DNA of 63,877 bases, filler included, from Choristocarpus tenellus KU-1152 (lineage: Eukaryota > Protista > Phaeophyceae): assembly GCA_964200185.2 (NCBI GenBank). It is 15 parts of 15 records of this genome, joined end to end, with 100 filler letters (N's around TTAATTAATTAA, not from the genome) between each part and the next. Parts side by side here need not be neighbours in the genome. Positions count along the whole stretch, not along the records: positions 12,492 to 19,796 come from CAXNAD020006372.1; positions 19,897 to 22,611 come from CAXNAD020025366.1; positions 22,712 to 25,493 come from CAXNAD020024804.1; 12 more parts are not named here. One strand, 5' to 3'. Positions 12,850-24,776 of this stretch are shown piece by piece. The notes below the pieces were generated by a model. The model worked only from the letters and a program-made list of their open reading frames with translations. It searched no databases and was not told where the DNA came from. The position numbers and the translations under genes are program-made. The first letter of the stretch is position 1, and each line of letters starts with the position of its first letter.

Positions 12850-13330
12850 TTAACAAGCCACATGTGTATGGAACCTTCTGCTACATAACAAGACCTGGAT
12901 TGTGGTTGATGAAGGTAGTCTTCTCCCCAATGACAACGTCATCTCCATTGGGTGGCTGTTCAAGACCAAGCACCAATCCGATGGACCCGACTCCTTAAGC
13001 ACAAGGCCCGCCTGGTTGCCAGGTGATACACCCAGATTCCAGGTATTGATGTCCACAAAACCTTTGCCCCTGTTGCTGGCCTGGGTGCCATCTGAACCAT
13101 TTTTCCCTTGCTATCACGACTGGTCTCTGTTTCAAACGGATGTCAAGTCTGCCTTCCTCCAAAGCACTCTCCACGACCACCTTTTCACACACCCATCCCC
13201 AGGGTTTCCCGAAACCGCAGACCAAGGCCTTCCCCAAGTATACCGCCTTCACGAAGTCTGGTCTCCAACAAGCCCCACATGCCTAGCACCAAAATCTCCA
13301 CCACACCCTCACCGCCCTTAACCTTACCCC
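12850..13330 (+). pseudogene. Ty1/copia reverse transcriptase relic
   Basis: NVISIGWLFKTK...; DWSLFQTDVKSAFLQSTLHDHLFTHPSPGF...VYRL (copia QmDVKsAFL motif). Frameshifted. Confidence 0.85.
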
Positions 13331-13950
13331 AAGTGAAGCATCATTATGGGTTCGTACATTGCTGTGTTGGTAAATTTAGCTTCCTCAAGAGGTCAAGTTG
13401 GTGACCTCAACCCAAGTGACGTTTGAGCCAGATGAGCACACCATGAACTTCATGAGGGAGTTTGCATAATAAGATACAAATTACGGTAATATGTAACCAA
13501 AAGCATTCGGGACCATTCAGACAGGCAGCGTTGACAAGGTTGTAGATTGATTACGTTCTGACTATGGATGTATATTGTTCAGGTTTGAGAGTTCCAGCAA
13601 CCCTTCATTGCCTGCACTCTCATTGGGGAGTGTGCAAAATAAGACAATCGTACTGTATACCCTGATTCATGTATGTGAGATTATGGTATTGGATTGATTC
13701 CATGTGATGTAATTGATGAGATAGTACATCCGGGTTATGTATGGGATTTGGTATTGCAATTGAACTTCTCTGATATACACCTTTGACTTAAATCCGAGGC
13801 ACAAATAATATAATATAAAAACAATAAGAAGGCACCCCACAAGGTCACTCTTCTTTTTAACCATGTGAGCATATTCAGCAATGGGAAGTCGTGCGAGGTT
13901 CCCATCTCTTCCTTATCTCTTTTTCCATACTTACACAAACAGCAGTCTAA

Positions 13951-14323
13951 TGTTGAAGTATCCCACACTGGACCCGCGGCTTTGGTGCTTTAATAAAGGA
14001 CAAAGAACAGCTTAATGTAGGTGAGCAAAGTTAATATTACAAGAGGTCTTATGGTCTCAATTCTGCTGACTGAGTATGTGGGTGAGACTATAGCCTAATT
14101 ATCATTATTATTTCTATAGTGTGGGGTTTGTAATCATCCACACTAATTTACTATGAATCACATATATACTTGTCTTAAGTATGGAAAGTGTATCTTGAAC
14201 ATGATATAAAAATCAATGAACACTATGAGTCAGTACATACCATATATCTGTCACTGGCTCTCCATCCTAATATATATATATATTATCCACCGGTGGTGTT
14301 ATCAGCAGCACTATCTACGAACA
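13951..14323 (-). repeat. 3' LTR
   Basis: tgttgaagta...ctacgaaca, highly similar to 16587-16956. Confidence 0.9.
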
Positions 14324-14459
14324 CTCTCCCTTGCTGCGCGGACACTATACACCTTGAAATTCTACTTCTGTCAAAAACAATGCAATATATATACCTTAAT
14401 ATCAATGTTGACATTGGGTCTGCGTAGGTACAAAAAAAACAGCCATCAATTCTTAACCT

Positions 14460-15070
14460 TTGTCCTACTGCAGTCTCCCGTGGAAACATTATTGGGAACT
14501 TTCTCCTGCAGGTCCTTAGCGATGCCATTTTGCATCTCCCACAATCCATGAAATGGAAGGATCCTTAGCACTGTATACAGCATCTCCTACAATCAACAAA
14601 ACATCCCTAGTACATCACTACTGCAGGTCACTGGAACACAGATCCCACCTCATATCTACCTTCCTATTGTAGCCTTCAGTGGAAACATTATTGGATACTT
14701 CTTCTGCAGGTCCTTGGCAATGCCAAGTTGCGTCTCCCACAATCCATGAACTGGCAGGGTCCTTAGCAATGCATACAGCGTCCCCTACAATGAACAAAAT
14801 CTCCCTTAGTACATCACCACTACAAATCTCTGGAATAAAGTAATATGGTGGAGCTGTCACTTCCTACCTATCCTATCACAATCTCTACGAACACACCCTG
14901 GGGTGTTTTCTACTGTGGGTCCTTAGCCATACCAAAATGCATCTCCCACGATCCATGGAATGGCGGGTCCTTAGCAATACCATGTTGCATTCCCCATGAT
15001 CCTGGAAATAGCGGAATCCTTAGCAATACTATGTTGCGTCTCTCACAATCCACGAAATATCCCTAGTGTC
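14460..15070. repeat. Internal degenerate tandem repeats of the LTR element
   Basis: Repeated gtggaaacattattgg...ctgcaggtcctt and gcatctcccacaatccatg...ccttagcaat units. Confidence 0.75.
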
Positions 15071-15389
15071 ACGCCTAAAGTGAATCTTTGGAAAAGAGAG
15101 GTACTAAACAATTGACGTATCACTGAAATATCATACACACAAAAACGAGGAAAATCTCTCCCTGACTAAAGTCAGTCTGCATACAACATTGCAGCTGTCA
15201 CTTGACTACTGTGGGCATGCACTAAAATACATGACAGATGGGGGACAAACTCAAATTAAAACATTTGGAAAAACACAAGAGAAGACAGCCACAGAGAAAA
15301 ACGTTCAGTTTCACCAAAATAAGAACCGATAAATCCTTCCAACCTTTCCATCCTTTCAGTAGATCCTCTTGGTTCAAGGACGGAGGAGT

Positions 15390-16450
15390 TGTTGTCGATA
15401 CCATATTCGCGTTCTTGTCCCCTCTTCTTGGAGGTTTTCTGGTTTTCTCTCTTGCCCGAACAGTCAGGGGGCATTCGTCATAGTCATGTCCTAACCTTGT
15501 GCACCTTGGGCATTTTCCATCTTTATCTTCATCCTCCCCCAATCTTGCAGAGGCACCTGCGTGTCGTCCCCTGTCCAGGTTGGGGTAGTCGTTTTTCGCG
15601 TGGCCATCTTTGCCACACATGTAACAGACTATGCGCCCCTTCCCTCGTCCCTTTCTGCCTGTGGAACTCTTTCCCACACTAGCAATCAAAGCATATGGCC
15701 ACTACCAGTGGACTTACCCATGTTGATCACCAGCAGGTCTTGTACATTGCCATCACCATGTCTTCAACATCCTTCACCGTCTTAGTTTCCCCATAATCTA
15801 CAAAGCTCTTGACTTGGGAGTAATTCTCCTCCAGCTTGTTGAGGATGGTCACCACCTTGGTTTCTTCTGCGATGACCTCTCCCATTGACTCCAGTCTCGT
15901 GGTCAATCTTGATAGCTCTGTGAGCCTTGAAGAGGGGTCCTTCCTATCATCAATGGTTAGACAATCTAGCTCCTGGCGTATACGCCTGGCCTCCTGGTAG
16001 GTCTTTGGCATGAACGCCGCATCAAGGGCGCGCCACCCTGAGCTCGGAGACCCAGGCACGATAAATACATGCAAGGCTCGGTCTTGTAGCATGAGCAGCA
16101 TCAACTGCCACGCCTTCCTTTCCGACTTGGTTGCCAGTTGAAGGTCCATGTTGCTGCCCATATCAGGAACAGGTACTGTTGGAGGTCGCTCCACGCCATC
16201 ATCTTCATCACTCTGGGAATTTGATGATTCTGCATCCACTGCTCAGATGGGCCCCCCACAGATAATGTCGGCCCCACGGAGAGCTGTTACACAATTGTGA
16301 ACTCCAAGCGTAGCCTGGGCCCTCACCACAAAGGAGTAGAAATCTTCGCCACTTGAAGAACTGATCCCCTACAGATGATGTCAGAGTCATGAAGACCAAG
16401 GTTACAGTCATAGACTCTAAGGGTAGCTGAAAAGCGAGGAAGTTCTCTCC
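15390..16450 (-). pseudogene. Copia-type gag (UBN2-like domain plus two zinc knuckles), frameshifted
   Basis: ARRIRQELDCLTI...RLESMGEVIAEETKVVTILNKLEENYSQVKSF, followed by CYMCGKDGHAKNDY and CPRCTRLGHDYDEC. Confidence 0.88.
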
Positions 16451-16586
16451 CTACTTCCCAGTGAACGTGGGGAGGTTGGCGACCTTGATGGGTTTGCCGG
16501 AGGATTTCTTGTACACAATAACAATGCTCACTACTAGTCTTGTCGCTTAGGCAACGTCCCAGGAATAATCGGTCCACTACGTAGCG

Positions 16587-16956
16587 TGTTGAAGTATCTC
16601 ACACTGGATTCGCGGCTTTGGTGCTTTAATGAAGGACAAAGAACAGCTTAATGTAGGTGAGCAAAGTTAATATTACAAGAGGGCATATGGTCTCAATTCT
16701 GCTGACTGAGTACGTGGGCGAGACTAGCCCAACTATGATTATTATTTCTATAGTGTGGGGTTTGTAATCATCCGCACTAATTTACTATGAACCACTTGTT
16801 TACTTGTCTTAAGTATGGAAAGTGTATCTTGAACATGATTTAAAAATCAATGAACACTATGAGACAGTACATACTATATATCTATCACTGGCTCTCCATC
16901 CAAATATATTATCCACCGGTGGTGTTTATATGTATCAGCAGCACTTTCTACGTAAA
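16587..16956 (-). repeat. 5' LTR
   Basis: Direct repeat of 13951-14323. Confidence 0.9.
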
Positions 16957-18353
16957 TTTAAATCTGAGCATGCATTGCTTTGCTCTGGCTAAGCTTTTAG
17001 GACTATGGTCAATAGATTTCATGGCAATAATCCATCCAGGTTCTCAAATATCATTTGATGGTGCCTATAATAGTGCATCGAAAAAATGGGTGCAAAAACC
17101 CCGGCAGAACCTTATCACCACATAAGAGCGGTCCTTCCACATCTTTATGCCTCTACAATATGATACGGGGAGGAAAAGAGATGCCAGGTGGTTCGAAACT
17201 CCAGTTCCGTGGATTCCCTAGGTTGTGCTTAGTGTTCAGTGGCCCCCTTGTCTTCAACCTACTCTTCATGATGCAAAGGACTACAATGCAAAATGCAATC
17301 AACTACCGAGTAGAGGTTTTTTCAACTGCTTCTCAGATGAAGCCTCATGATGCGAAGCAAACCGTAGCTTTGATGGCAAGCACGCAAGAAGCTCTGCCAC
17401 AACTCGTGTCATGAATAGTTATTAAAGCACGCACTACTGCAATACTGCCATTCACTTTAATACAGTATGCCTTTGTGTTCAACCTTTGATGCATTACTCG
17501 GAGCATGTGGCAACTTGGATGTTGGTGTGATGGATCCCAAAACTAAATCGATCAAGAGGATTGCACAAATGAAAAATAGACAGTGCATAGTTCTCCATAA
17601 AAATCACAACACACTGAACACAGAAGGAGGTGTTTAAAAACTCGCCTGGCGTAGCTAGGGTCTAGCTAGGGTCTATTATACTGGAACCTGAACAAAAACA
17701 AGTGATGCCAAGGCAACGCAGCACAATAGGGGCTTGGCAAACAAAATCTCTTACCTCTCTTTTCAACCTCTCACCGCTTAACACACACGAAAACAGGACT
17801 CAGACTGCACAGTTACTAGGATAAAGAGATTCATGAGACAATGGTGAGGTATCAAGCCTGGTTTCATCGTCACATCTTAAGTGGCTCCACGCCAAATAGG
17901 CCCTTGATGAACTCATATGAACCAAACTGAATAGCACCACTGAAGACCGATCGTGTCACTCGTGGGGCAGTGCCAGCCCACAATGCCCCACTGCCCTCTT
18001 CCTTGGCGATTTTCTTGAGGGCCCCGGGTAGTCCTGAGTGTAAAGGGAATGATCCACGACTGTTTTACTGGGTGATGTAGCCCAAATAGATGGTCAGGCT
18101 ATGGGATTATAGGAACTAAGGCCCTCCAAAAAATAGTCCCTATTTGCTTTACACACAAATATGTAAAGGTAACGAAGCATTGTTCAAGTAGTCCCAGTGC
18201 ACTCTTGCATGTTATTGATGACTTCAGATTCTTCAGGAAGAAACACACTTTGTCTGGATTGTGTGACATGCAGCTCTAAGGAATATCACACTCGCTCTAT
18301 TCATAGTGGTGTTTTAAATATGTACCGACTATAGTGTAGTGCAGAAAGTGTGA

Positions 18354-18615
18354 GAGCCAAACCAATTGAGAGGTAGGCACGTTTGGACCCTTCTGCATTC
18401 TAAGCCACCTTTCTTACCCCGTGCAATACACTCTATTTCATTGTTTTATGCACACACAATACTTTACACAAAATTGATATTCCCCCTTAACACACCCAAA
18501 TTGAAATAACAAATGAACAAAGGCTCATTCTGCAATTGTTCAAAATAGCAAAATTTTTATCCTTCCTCAGGACCCTTAAAATGCAACCCTGTGTACCTCT
18601 CAGTTGGTTCGACTC
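18354..18615 (-). mobile_element. MITE family C (~260 bp)
   Basis: TIR gagccaaaccaattgagaggta / tacctctcagttggttcgactc. Flanks gtga/ttga. Reverse copy of 32088-32350. Confidence 0.8.
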
Positions 18616-19220
18616 TTGAGCAAATAATGATGCAAGATTGAGGAGGTGTTCTGATGAGGGTATTTTATTGGTTCAGTCTGACATGTCACACGGGTGATTT
18701 CATTGGTGGAAATCCTACTTTTCGCAAAGTATTTCTTACTCCTCAACATTGATCCAACTCTGATTTGTAGGTAAGGTTGTGCCAAAATATTTCATGTTCC
18801 TTTCACTCACCTGTATATTGTTCATCACCTTTGGATTTGGTCATTACTCTAGTCCGAACCACATCAAGCGGCGTTGTGACAGCCTGGGCGATCTGAGGAC
18901 GGATAAACAGGACAGAGAAGGGGGGAAAGGGTTGGAAAAAGAAGGTGCCAGCATAGACTTACTAAATATTTATGACGAGAAGAATATTTTATTTATTGCC
19001 TGAATGATTGCATCTGAGCTAGTTGGAAGAGTAGATGTGAGGCCCGGTACAAACTGTGGAAATAAAACAAATATAAACATCACGAGATGCAAAATAGATT
19101 TTTTTTTTAATGTTACGAATAATAGTACAAATTCTTGAGACAGTGGTAGGGGGGATCACCAAATGGCTGATGCTTGCACTTCAGATAATATATACACATT
19201 TAGCTTTACTCAGAGCTATA

Positions 19221-19499
19221 GATCAAACTGGGCAAACTTGAAGGGACGAGTCTGCTGGTTGGACTGGCTCCAATATTTCCTGGAATGACCAGTTCCACCA
19301 AGGAACCCGATGAACTGAACAGGTTCCAACATTTTCTGACATATCTGGACCCAGTCCAAACACTGGACAAATTCCAATCTCCTGATATGTTCAGACCAGG
19401 ACCGTCAAAAACAACCTGGACTGAACTGGCAAAGGCTGGCCCACGGCCAAGTTAAAGCATACCAAGTAGTAGATTGTACAGATCTGGCCCAGTTTGATC
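19221..19499. mobile_element. Putative MITE with 13-bp TIR and internal ctggac-type repeats
   Basis: gatcaaactgggc ... gcccagtttgatc. Confidence 0.5.
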
Positions 19500-19736
19500 C
19501 CGATACATTTGAACACAATTAGATGAAAGATAGCTATAAAAAACTCGTCTATTTCCACAATATTTGGGACAATTGGGAAAATATTTTGACCAGCCTGGCG
19601 CGACCCATTTTACTGGACCAGTTAAAATACCTCTTGATCTGTGTCAGGGAACTTCAACATGGCCGGGACACTGGCCAACTCAGCATCAATACCAATATCT
19701 TCTAACAGGGAGGGTCCATGGCCGTCAACAGAAAGA

Positions 19737-19796
19737 GGCCAAAAGTATCTGGGGGGGGGGGATGGGGGGGGGCTACACCAGGGTGTCCCATTAGGG
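19737..19796 (+). mobile_element. MITE family B fragment truncated by contig end
   Basis: ccaaaagtatctggggggg...ctacaccagggtgtcc. Confidence 0.7.
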
Positions 19797-19896
19797 NNNN
19801 NNNNNNNNNNNNNNNNNNNNNNNNNNNNNNNNNNNNNNNNTTAATTAATTAANNNNNNNNNNNNNNNNNNNNNNNNNNNNNNNNNNNNNNNNNNNN

Positions 19897-20220
19897 AAAG
19901 ATCCACTTTACACGTGCGTTAGGGTTTTTTAAAATAATAGATCCACTAAAAACCGTTCTTAGGGTTTTTAAATATACCAAGAACGCACTTTATCGGTCTC
20001 ACATGTTTCCAATTTTCAGAAACCCTAAAAGTCTTTCCAACTGATACCCACTATTTAATTAAATACTAAATCCGCTTTTTGGCGTCTTTAGTATTTAAAT
20101 AAACACTAATAAACACTAGAGAACACAAAAAAGCGGATCTACGTATTCAAGGTTAGCGGTAATCTTGAATACCGTTGAACACTCAAAACACGTGCGTTAG
20201 GGTTTTTCCAAAAGTAGAAT
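19897..20220. repeat. Array of short direct and inverted motifs (transposon subterminal-like)
   Basis: acacgtgcgttagggttttt x2, agatccact x2, atccgcttttt / aaaaagcggat inverted pair. Confidence 0.55.
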
Positions 20221-20627
20221 GATATTCTAATCTTTAGACCAACAAATACAGATACAAACCACATNNNNNNNNNNTCTAATACGTTTCAAACGTACGAAAC
20301 GAAAAGGTCACAAAAATACAGATATTCTCTGTCCCAGTTCAATATGAAATCGTATGCTGTTGTTTGATATTCGTATTTGTGTAACAAAATTCTCATAAAA
20401 AATAGTGAAATCTGAGTTTTGAGGATCGACAGACCAGACAACATAAAACAGCACCTCCCATCCCTCAGTCCTCATTTCAGTTCATTCCCTTCCTTAGATA
20501 CCATGCAGACCTCTTACTTATCCATCCCCATCACACCCTCCCAATCTTTGCCATATCAACAACAACCCACCCACCCCCTGATGGAAATGCCCACGGATCC
20601 AGAACGCGGGACTTAACTCTGAAGGGC

Positions 20628-20978
20628 ATGTCCCAGCTCCTAGAGCAGTACTACCTTGGCTCGTATAAGATGAAACTCACAAACGTCACATGCACAGTTA
20701 CGGTGTGTCCTTTAACCGAGCATGGCCTCGCACGCGTGAGGAAGTCTATAAGGAGAAAGGCTGTCTGGAGCAGTTTGCTCCAAGTGTTATCGTCCAGCGA
20801 GAATGTTTAGATAATGTGGATCAGCTCAACGCCGAAACTGCGCTTGCCATTGAAGGGCGTGTATAGGACGGAAACCATCGAGTAACAGTGCTGAAGAGAG
20901 TGTTTGATCCCGAGCGCGCTTTCACCATGCGGATCTACATGGAGTTCAACCAAGCAGAAGAGAGGCTAATTGCCAACG
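20628..20978 (+). pseudogene. ParB/Srx-like domain exon, disrupted
   Basis: Repaired reading MSQLLEQYYLG...PLTEHGLARVRKSI/EKGCLEQFAPSVIV...EGRV*DGNHRVTVLKRVF...RIYMEFNQAEERLIAN|gt. One frameshift (~20750) and a TAG at 20864 just before the DGxHR motif. Confidence 0.7.
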
Positions 20979-21988
20979 GTGGGTGATGGAGTGTTTTCGT
21001 TGTTCCATAATCGCCTGACCGTTCTGATCAACTAAGCACCGAAGTAAGTTGAGTGTTTTCGTTGTTCCGTGATCGCCTGATGACTATTCTGATATACGAA
21101 GTTGTTGCCAAGTTTCCCTTGCTATGTTCATTGTCAGTCAGCCCATTGCGGATCTTTTCGTTGCTCATCTTTTTTATCCCTCGTGGTATTCCTGTCCACA
21201 ACAACATATTTCTTGGTGCCGCAGGCCGCGTGTGTCCCGCGATTGCTCCTCACCTAACCCTTGTCCAGTCATAATGTCCTCTTTCCCCCCACAAACAAAA
21301 AACAAACGTGCTGCAGTACACCACAACATCTTTAACCAACGCCGGAATAACCCATACATATGTGACAAAAGCTTATCGCATGGCTAACCCACTTCACTGC
21401 CACATTGTTGGGCTATCACATGTACGCACATGATGTTCCAGGTATCCACGTCTCTTGTTGAAGAACTCGTGATAGGCCCTTCCTGCCTGCCGGAAGCCTT
21501 GGGGCAGACCCTCATCCCAACGGAGACGTAGCAATGTTTTGCTGAGGCCGTCCATCCTCAGGGAAAGGCAATGGGACACAATGAGGCGACTATTTTCGTT
21601 GCGAAGACGGTGGCGACGGACTTCGGCTAACAGATCGAGGTGAATGTGGTATAGAATGCGCTAACTTACGTATTTTGTGAAGATCGAACGGCAGAGTTTA
21701 GTTACCAGCACGAAGAAAATACTATTTTTTTAATTCCCAAGTCCTAACCTACCTAATGCGGCACCCAAATACGTCGTGTACAAAAATATGGGCCTTACAG
21801 GTAAGTGTTGCATCGGTAGTGTGTTCGACTTTTTGCCACAATAAGGTTGCCGTTTTTGCACCACCTTCTTCGGACGATATTACCTCCAAATCACAAACAT
21901 TCATGAATCGCCGTACTCTGCCCCCCTCCCTCAACACCCCTCGACCTCACCCAACCCCACCGCCATCTTTGTCTTCCACAATATTCAG

Positions 21989-22611
21989 CCGCATGCAAGC
22001 TCGTCCTCGAATCCCGCGGAAATGGCCTTGTTCCCGCTTGAAGGGAAAGACTACAAAGTCGGCGGAAATGACCTCCCTGTGTGGGGTGATCTCGAAGTGT
22101 GCAACTCTCGATCAGAGGCCTTCAGTTCAATCTCACCTGAAGATCAAGAAGAACTGTACATTCGTCTACTTCACGTGGCCAACAACAGACAGCTCAAGCG
22201 CATGCTTTCGCCTGGAATTGAGGTGTGTGGGTTGGGCGCAGAGCTCTACTTGCGCGTGGCAGCCACTTGCCCTCTGTACTACATGCGTTGGACCGAGAAG
22301 GCAGATGACGCAAACATCGAATTCACGTCAAAAGTGCCACAGAGTGGAAGCTGTCAGCCGGTCCTCCTCCCCTTCTCCCAGGTTGGCCCCGGACAGATGT
22401 TCGTCACGCCCGTGGTCGGGAGGGTGTGCAAACCCCGGGCAAAGAATGACACCAGATCACCATTCAACGCACTCCCGGGTCTTAGGGTAGTGCGTTCTCG
22501 TGGGTTCGAAGTGGTGGATTTGGACTCAGAATTGACGCCAATGACCACTAGAAAGCGCAAGTACCCCTCTTCCGGCACGGGTGGAAAGGGGGAAGGTCTC
22601 AACGTATGGAG
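21989..22611 (+). CDS. Downstream exon/ORF of unknown function, probably the same gene as the ParB-like exon
   Basis: ~200-codon open frame after the acceptor caatattcag|. Contains NLS-like RKRK. Truncated by the linker. Confidence 0.45.
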
Positions 22612-22715
22612 NNNNNNNNNNNNNNNNNNNNNNNNNNNNNNNNNNNNNNNNNNNNTTAATTAATTAANNNNNNNNNNNNNNNNNNNNNNNNNNNNNNNNN
22701 NNNNNNNNNNNATAT

Positions 22716-23057
22716 CAAATCTAGAACTTCAATGCCATAATGGTGTTTATGAAACCGCCATCAAGACATATCGCCTGTAACATGCCCTCCTAGCATGAAG
22801 CATAACTGCTTCAAAGCGATAAACAGGCGATTGGACAAGGAAATGTCACTCCTCATCCTATCATGAACGCAGCAGAAATGAATTGAATGTTACTTCCAGG
22901 TCCTAACATATCAGTAGGCAGCGTTGGGGATCCAGCGGAGGAGGAAAGCTGGAGGGAAAACCCCCTTCCAACGTTTGCCCTGACGACAGATATGTTAGCG
23001 CAACACTCTTGATGGCGGTTTAATAAACAACATTATGACATTGAAGTTCTAGATTTG
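22716..23057. mobile_element. Element with ~50-bp terminal inverted repeats
   Basis: caaatctagaacttcaatgccataatggtgtttatgaaaccgccatcaaga (22716-22766) is inverted at 23007-23057. Confidence 0.8.
22771..22830. repeat. Conserved ~60-nt stem-loop motif (copies at 37456-37517, 38417-38479, 39958-40023)
   Basis: t(c/t)gcctgt..(c/t)atgccc(c/t)cc..gca(t/c)...inner stem...acaggc in four places. Confidence 0.85.
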
Positions 23058-23361
23058 TTATATTTGTACTTCTTGAATATTTATTATTTGGTCATTATGG
23101 TCCCCGATTGTGATAAGACATCGTAGACCAATTCCTTTTTATACGATGGTATTGGTGATAATCCAAGTGAGAGATCCAGCATACTTGACGACTTCTGCAT
23201 CAGGAGTCCTATACGTACATCAGTATCATCTATAGGCCCGTAGATTGGAGCTATAAATCCTGTGGAGGTAAGGTTTTGGGGGCGCCTGTAGCAGGGCTGT
23301 TTTCGCTTATTGTGCTCACCGTCAGCTTGGTCACAGGGACCTTCAAATAAAATCGCTAGTT

Positions 23362-23620
23362 GAGTCAAAGTGTCTTAGAGGGTAGAGTCGCGTCCGTTTG
23401 GAGGTCAAAATACAATGTTGTGAATTTTGATGAAATTTTGGCTATCATGTTGGTTAGGAAGTGTCAATATACTTGTTCCAGATACATCTTTTCATAACGT
23501 ATACATTTTACCTACTCCGAAACATTTCGGAGTAGGAAAATGGCATGAAGAATTTATGAGAAGCCAAATCCCAATTGAAAAAACAGGACAAAAATTGTAC
23601 CCTCTAAGACACTCTCACTG
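23362..23620 (+). mobile_element. MITE family A copy
   Basis: TIRs and internal similarity to 5144-5402. Flanks agtt/attt. Confidence 0.9.
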
Positions 23621-24450
23621 ATTTGCTTCGCTCACGAAATTCAATTGTTTGTAGGTTCCTGTTGCCAGTTCAAATGGTTTGACTGCTTGTTCGCCAAAGC
23701 ATTTCCCACCTTTACAGAACACAGCCACCACATAGGCAGTTACTCGCCTCTTTGGCAGGAACAGGAATAACCTGTGCAAATCTCTTTGAGGACCTTTTGT
23801 AGGATCACCCAAATAATCCAATCAGTGTCTGTGAGCAGTATCTCTGACTCCAAATCGTGATAGCCCCCAGCAGACTAAAGTGAGGATAAAATAATATGAA
23901 CTCCGATCCCTGCACCTTCTTGTTCTGGACCACGAAGCCTGCAACCCTGTTTATGGGTTCTCCACGATTTTTTAGCGTACTGACACACACGATAGTTGCA
24001 ATTCATAATCATTGCGGAGCAAAGTGGACCTAGTATATTGGGCATGCCTGTAGATTATTTTGTTTTTGAAGATTGGACTGAACATTAGTCGAATTGCTTA
24101 ATCAAGTTGAAGACCCCTTGGTTAGAGTTTAATTGATTGTGAATAAACTCAAACCTAATGGAAATGCCAGACCAAGACCCACCTCAAAAGCAGGTTCTCA
24201 GCCAGTCGTTTCTGGTTAGACACCTTGCAAATAGTCTTGCAAGCACCCCCAGTCCTATCCCAGGAGGGACTGAAGACAACACATCAGTCTTCATCAAACC
24301 TCAGCAAAGGTTAAATCATCCCCATCTTCAGCCACCGTCACTTGTGGTATTTCAGAGAGGAGTTTATTCAACAAGATAATCTCCCTGTCTTCACCAATCA
24401 AATTCATCCAAAGTCAACTCCAACAGACAGATGACTTGGAGTCCTCATTT

Positions 24451-24776
24451 GGCTCAAAGTATCTGTGAGGGGGTGGCGACTGTCCATTTGGGGTCGGTTT
24501 TTTCATTTCGCGATTTTTCGGTGATTTGGTTGCATACGTCGGATGGTTACTGTAAATGCACTTTTCCTGATTTTGACCCATATTGACACCCTTGTGTAGA
24601 CCCCCCCCCCCCCCCCCCCCAAACAATTTTATTTTTCCCCTTCCCCCCCCCCCACTCTCCACCTATTTAGGGGCCATCTTTTTTTTTTCTNNNNNNNNNN
24701 AAATGCACTTTTCCTGATTTTGACCCATATTGACACCCTTGTGTAGACCCCCCCCCCCTCCCAGATACTTATGGTC
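24451..24776 (-). mobile_element. MITE family B copy with 4-bp TSD ATTT (internal assembly duplication around an N gap)
   Basis: attt[ggctcaaagtatct...agatacttatggtc]attt. Confidence 0.8.

Larger units (their letters stand above)
13951..16956 (-). mobile_element. Complete non-autonomous gag-only LTR retrotransposon (copia-type gag)
   Basis: Two ~370-bp direct repeats (13951-14323, 16587-16956) with TG...CA ends on the intact copy. PPT AAGGGAGAG lies immediately inside the 3' LTR on the minus strand. Candidate TSD tctaa/tttaa. Internal gag but no pol. Confidence 0.88.

Noticed and set aside
16685-16735. Hammerhead ribozyme in the LTR (retrozyme-like): GGTC...CTGACTGA...GAGAC
   Set aside because: The core deviates (CUGACUGA, and GAGA instead of GAAA) and stem I cannot form. 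It is more simply a gtctc/gagac inverted repeat.
21756-22490. 244-aa ORF as a separate gene
   Set aside because: It overlaps the more protein-like 22022 frame and runs through intron-like pyrimidine tracts, so it is probably a shadow ORF.
22771-22830. SECIS or twister ribozyme identity for the stem-loop motif
   Set aside because: ATGA is not conserved in all copies and the spacing to AA/GA is wrong. Twister pseudoknot and GAG elements are absent.
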